Positions 16,917-17,612 of a stretch of DNA of 17,612 nt are shown here, piece after piece. Numbering within the stretch: the first letter of the stretch is position 1; the number at the start of each line of letters is the position of its first letter. This stretch comes from Candidatus Krumholzibacteriia bacterium (GTDB lineage Bacteria > Krumholzibacteriota > Krumholzibacteriia > JAJRXK01). Both the position numbers and the translations under genes were made by a program. The stretch covers positions 1 to 17,612 of the forward strand of contig JBGPIA010000033.1 in the NCBI GenBank assembly GCA_041484665.1, written 5' to 3'. Below the pieces are notes generated by a model. It did no database searches. It had not been told where the DNA came from and saw only the letters and a list, made by a program, of their open reading frames with translations.

Positions 16917-16951
16917 GAGCGGACGCACGCTGAACCGAGATCGGAGGGCTC

Positions 16952-17488
16952 ATGGACATTCAGGACATCGAGTTTCTCTACGCGTACGATCGATGGGCCA
17001 ACGCCAAGCTCCTGGCGGCTGCGGGCGATCTGAGCGTCGAGCAGCTTCACCGGAACCTGGGCAGCAGCCACAGCTCCGTTTTCGGCACCTTGCTGCATAT
17101 CATGTGGGGGGAGTGGAGGTGGATCGGCCGCTGGGGTGCGCCCACCCCTGGACCCGGGCCAGATCCGAGCACGTGCGAGAGCCTCGCAGCCTTGCGCGCG
17201 CGCTGGAGCGAGATCGAGCGGGCGCAGGCCGCCTTCGTGGCTCAACTCAGTGGCCGCGCTCTGGCGGCTCCGCTCAGCTATGAAAACCCTCCAGGCAAGA
17301 CCTGGACATATCCGCTCGGCCAAGCGCTTCAGCACTTGGCCAATCACTCTACTTACCACCGCGGGCAGGTAACGACCATGCTACGGCAGCTTGGGGCCGC
17401 GCCCATGGCCACCGACTTGTTGGTGTTCGTCGACGAGCAGGGTGATGCTTGGAAAGCGCGTCGGGGCGCGGGTGTAGACGGCCACTGA
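16952..17488 (+). CDS. DinB/YfiT-family (damage-inducible, putative metalloenzyme) protein
   Basis: YDRWAN, SVFGTLLHI...E..W, HLANHSTYHRGQ. GGAGG RBS. This is not DNA polymerase IV. Confidence 0.92.
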   Translation: MDIQDIEFLYAYDRWANAKLLAAAGDLSVEQLHRNLGSSHSSVFGTLLHIMWGEWRWIGRWGAPTPGPGPDPSTCESLAALRARWSEIERAQAAFVAQLSGRALAAPLSYENPPGKTWTYPLGQALQHLANHSTYHRGQVTTMLRQLGAAPMATDLLVFVDEQGDAWKARRGAGVDGH

Positions 17489-17576
17489 GATCCGCGTATT
17501 TCTGACCGTCTGCTCGACCTTCTGCTCTTTGTGCGCCCGTGGTATAGAGCGACCTGGGATGGTCGCCGGAAACGGT

Positions 17577-17610
17577 GAGGGCCCAGGATCTGTTAGCTCC
17601 CTGGGCCCTC
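17577..17610. other. 11-bp perfect hairpin (terminator-like or part of a structured RNA)
   Basis: GAGGGCCCAGG-N12-CCTGGGCCCTC. The window ends 2 nt later, so a U-tract cannot be assessed. Confidence 0.55.
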
Positions 17611-17612
17611 GC

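Noticed and set aside
13752..16928. 1058-aa minus-strand ORF
   Set aside because: Antisense shadow of the PBP and DUF3224 genes. Arg/Gly-rich with no motifs, as expected in high-GC DNA.

Overview
GC-rich bacterial accessory region. It opens with the right end of an IS66-family element (1-141) inserted in an NmrA/HSCARG-like gene, whose 3' remnant lies at 142-248. On the minus strand are two tandem, translationally coupled Hanks-type Ser/Thr kinases, each with a TM helix and a TolB/PD40-like beta-propeller. The second carries a 1-nt frameshift. Two tiny coupled ORFs upstream look like collapsed remnants of further kinase genes. The plus strand carries a MoaD/ThiS plus BNR-repeat propeller pair, then a run of small unrelated genes (two SAM methyltransferases, an ABM-like protein, DoxX, a membrane protein, a Fer4_19-CDGSH protein). 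An AAA+/HTH/DUF4143 nuclease-fold gene with an inverted-repeat operator, a DUF3224 protein, a class A PBP (PBP1B-like) and a DinB-family gene follow. The most unusual signal is that several spacers between the small genes resemble integron attC sites, some with GAC/GTC instead of the canonical AAC/GTT core, and no integrase is present in the window. All family assignments are from motif recognition by eye, not database searches.
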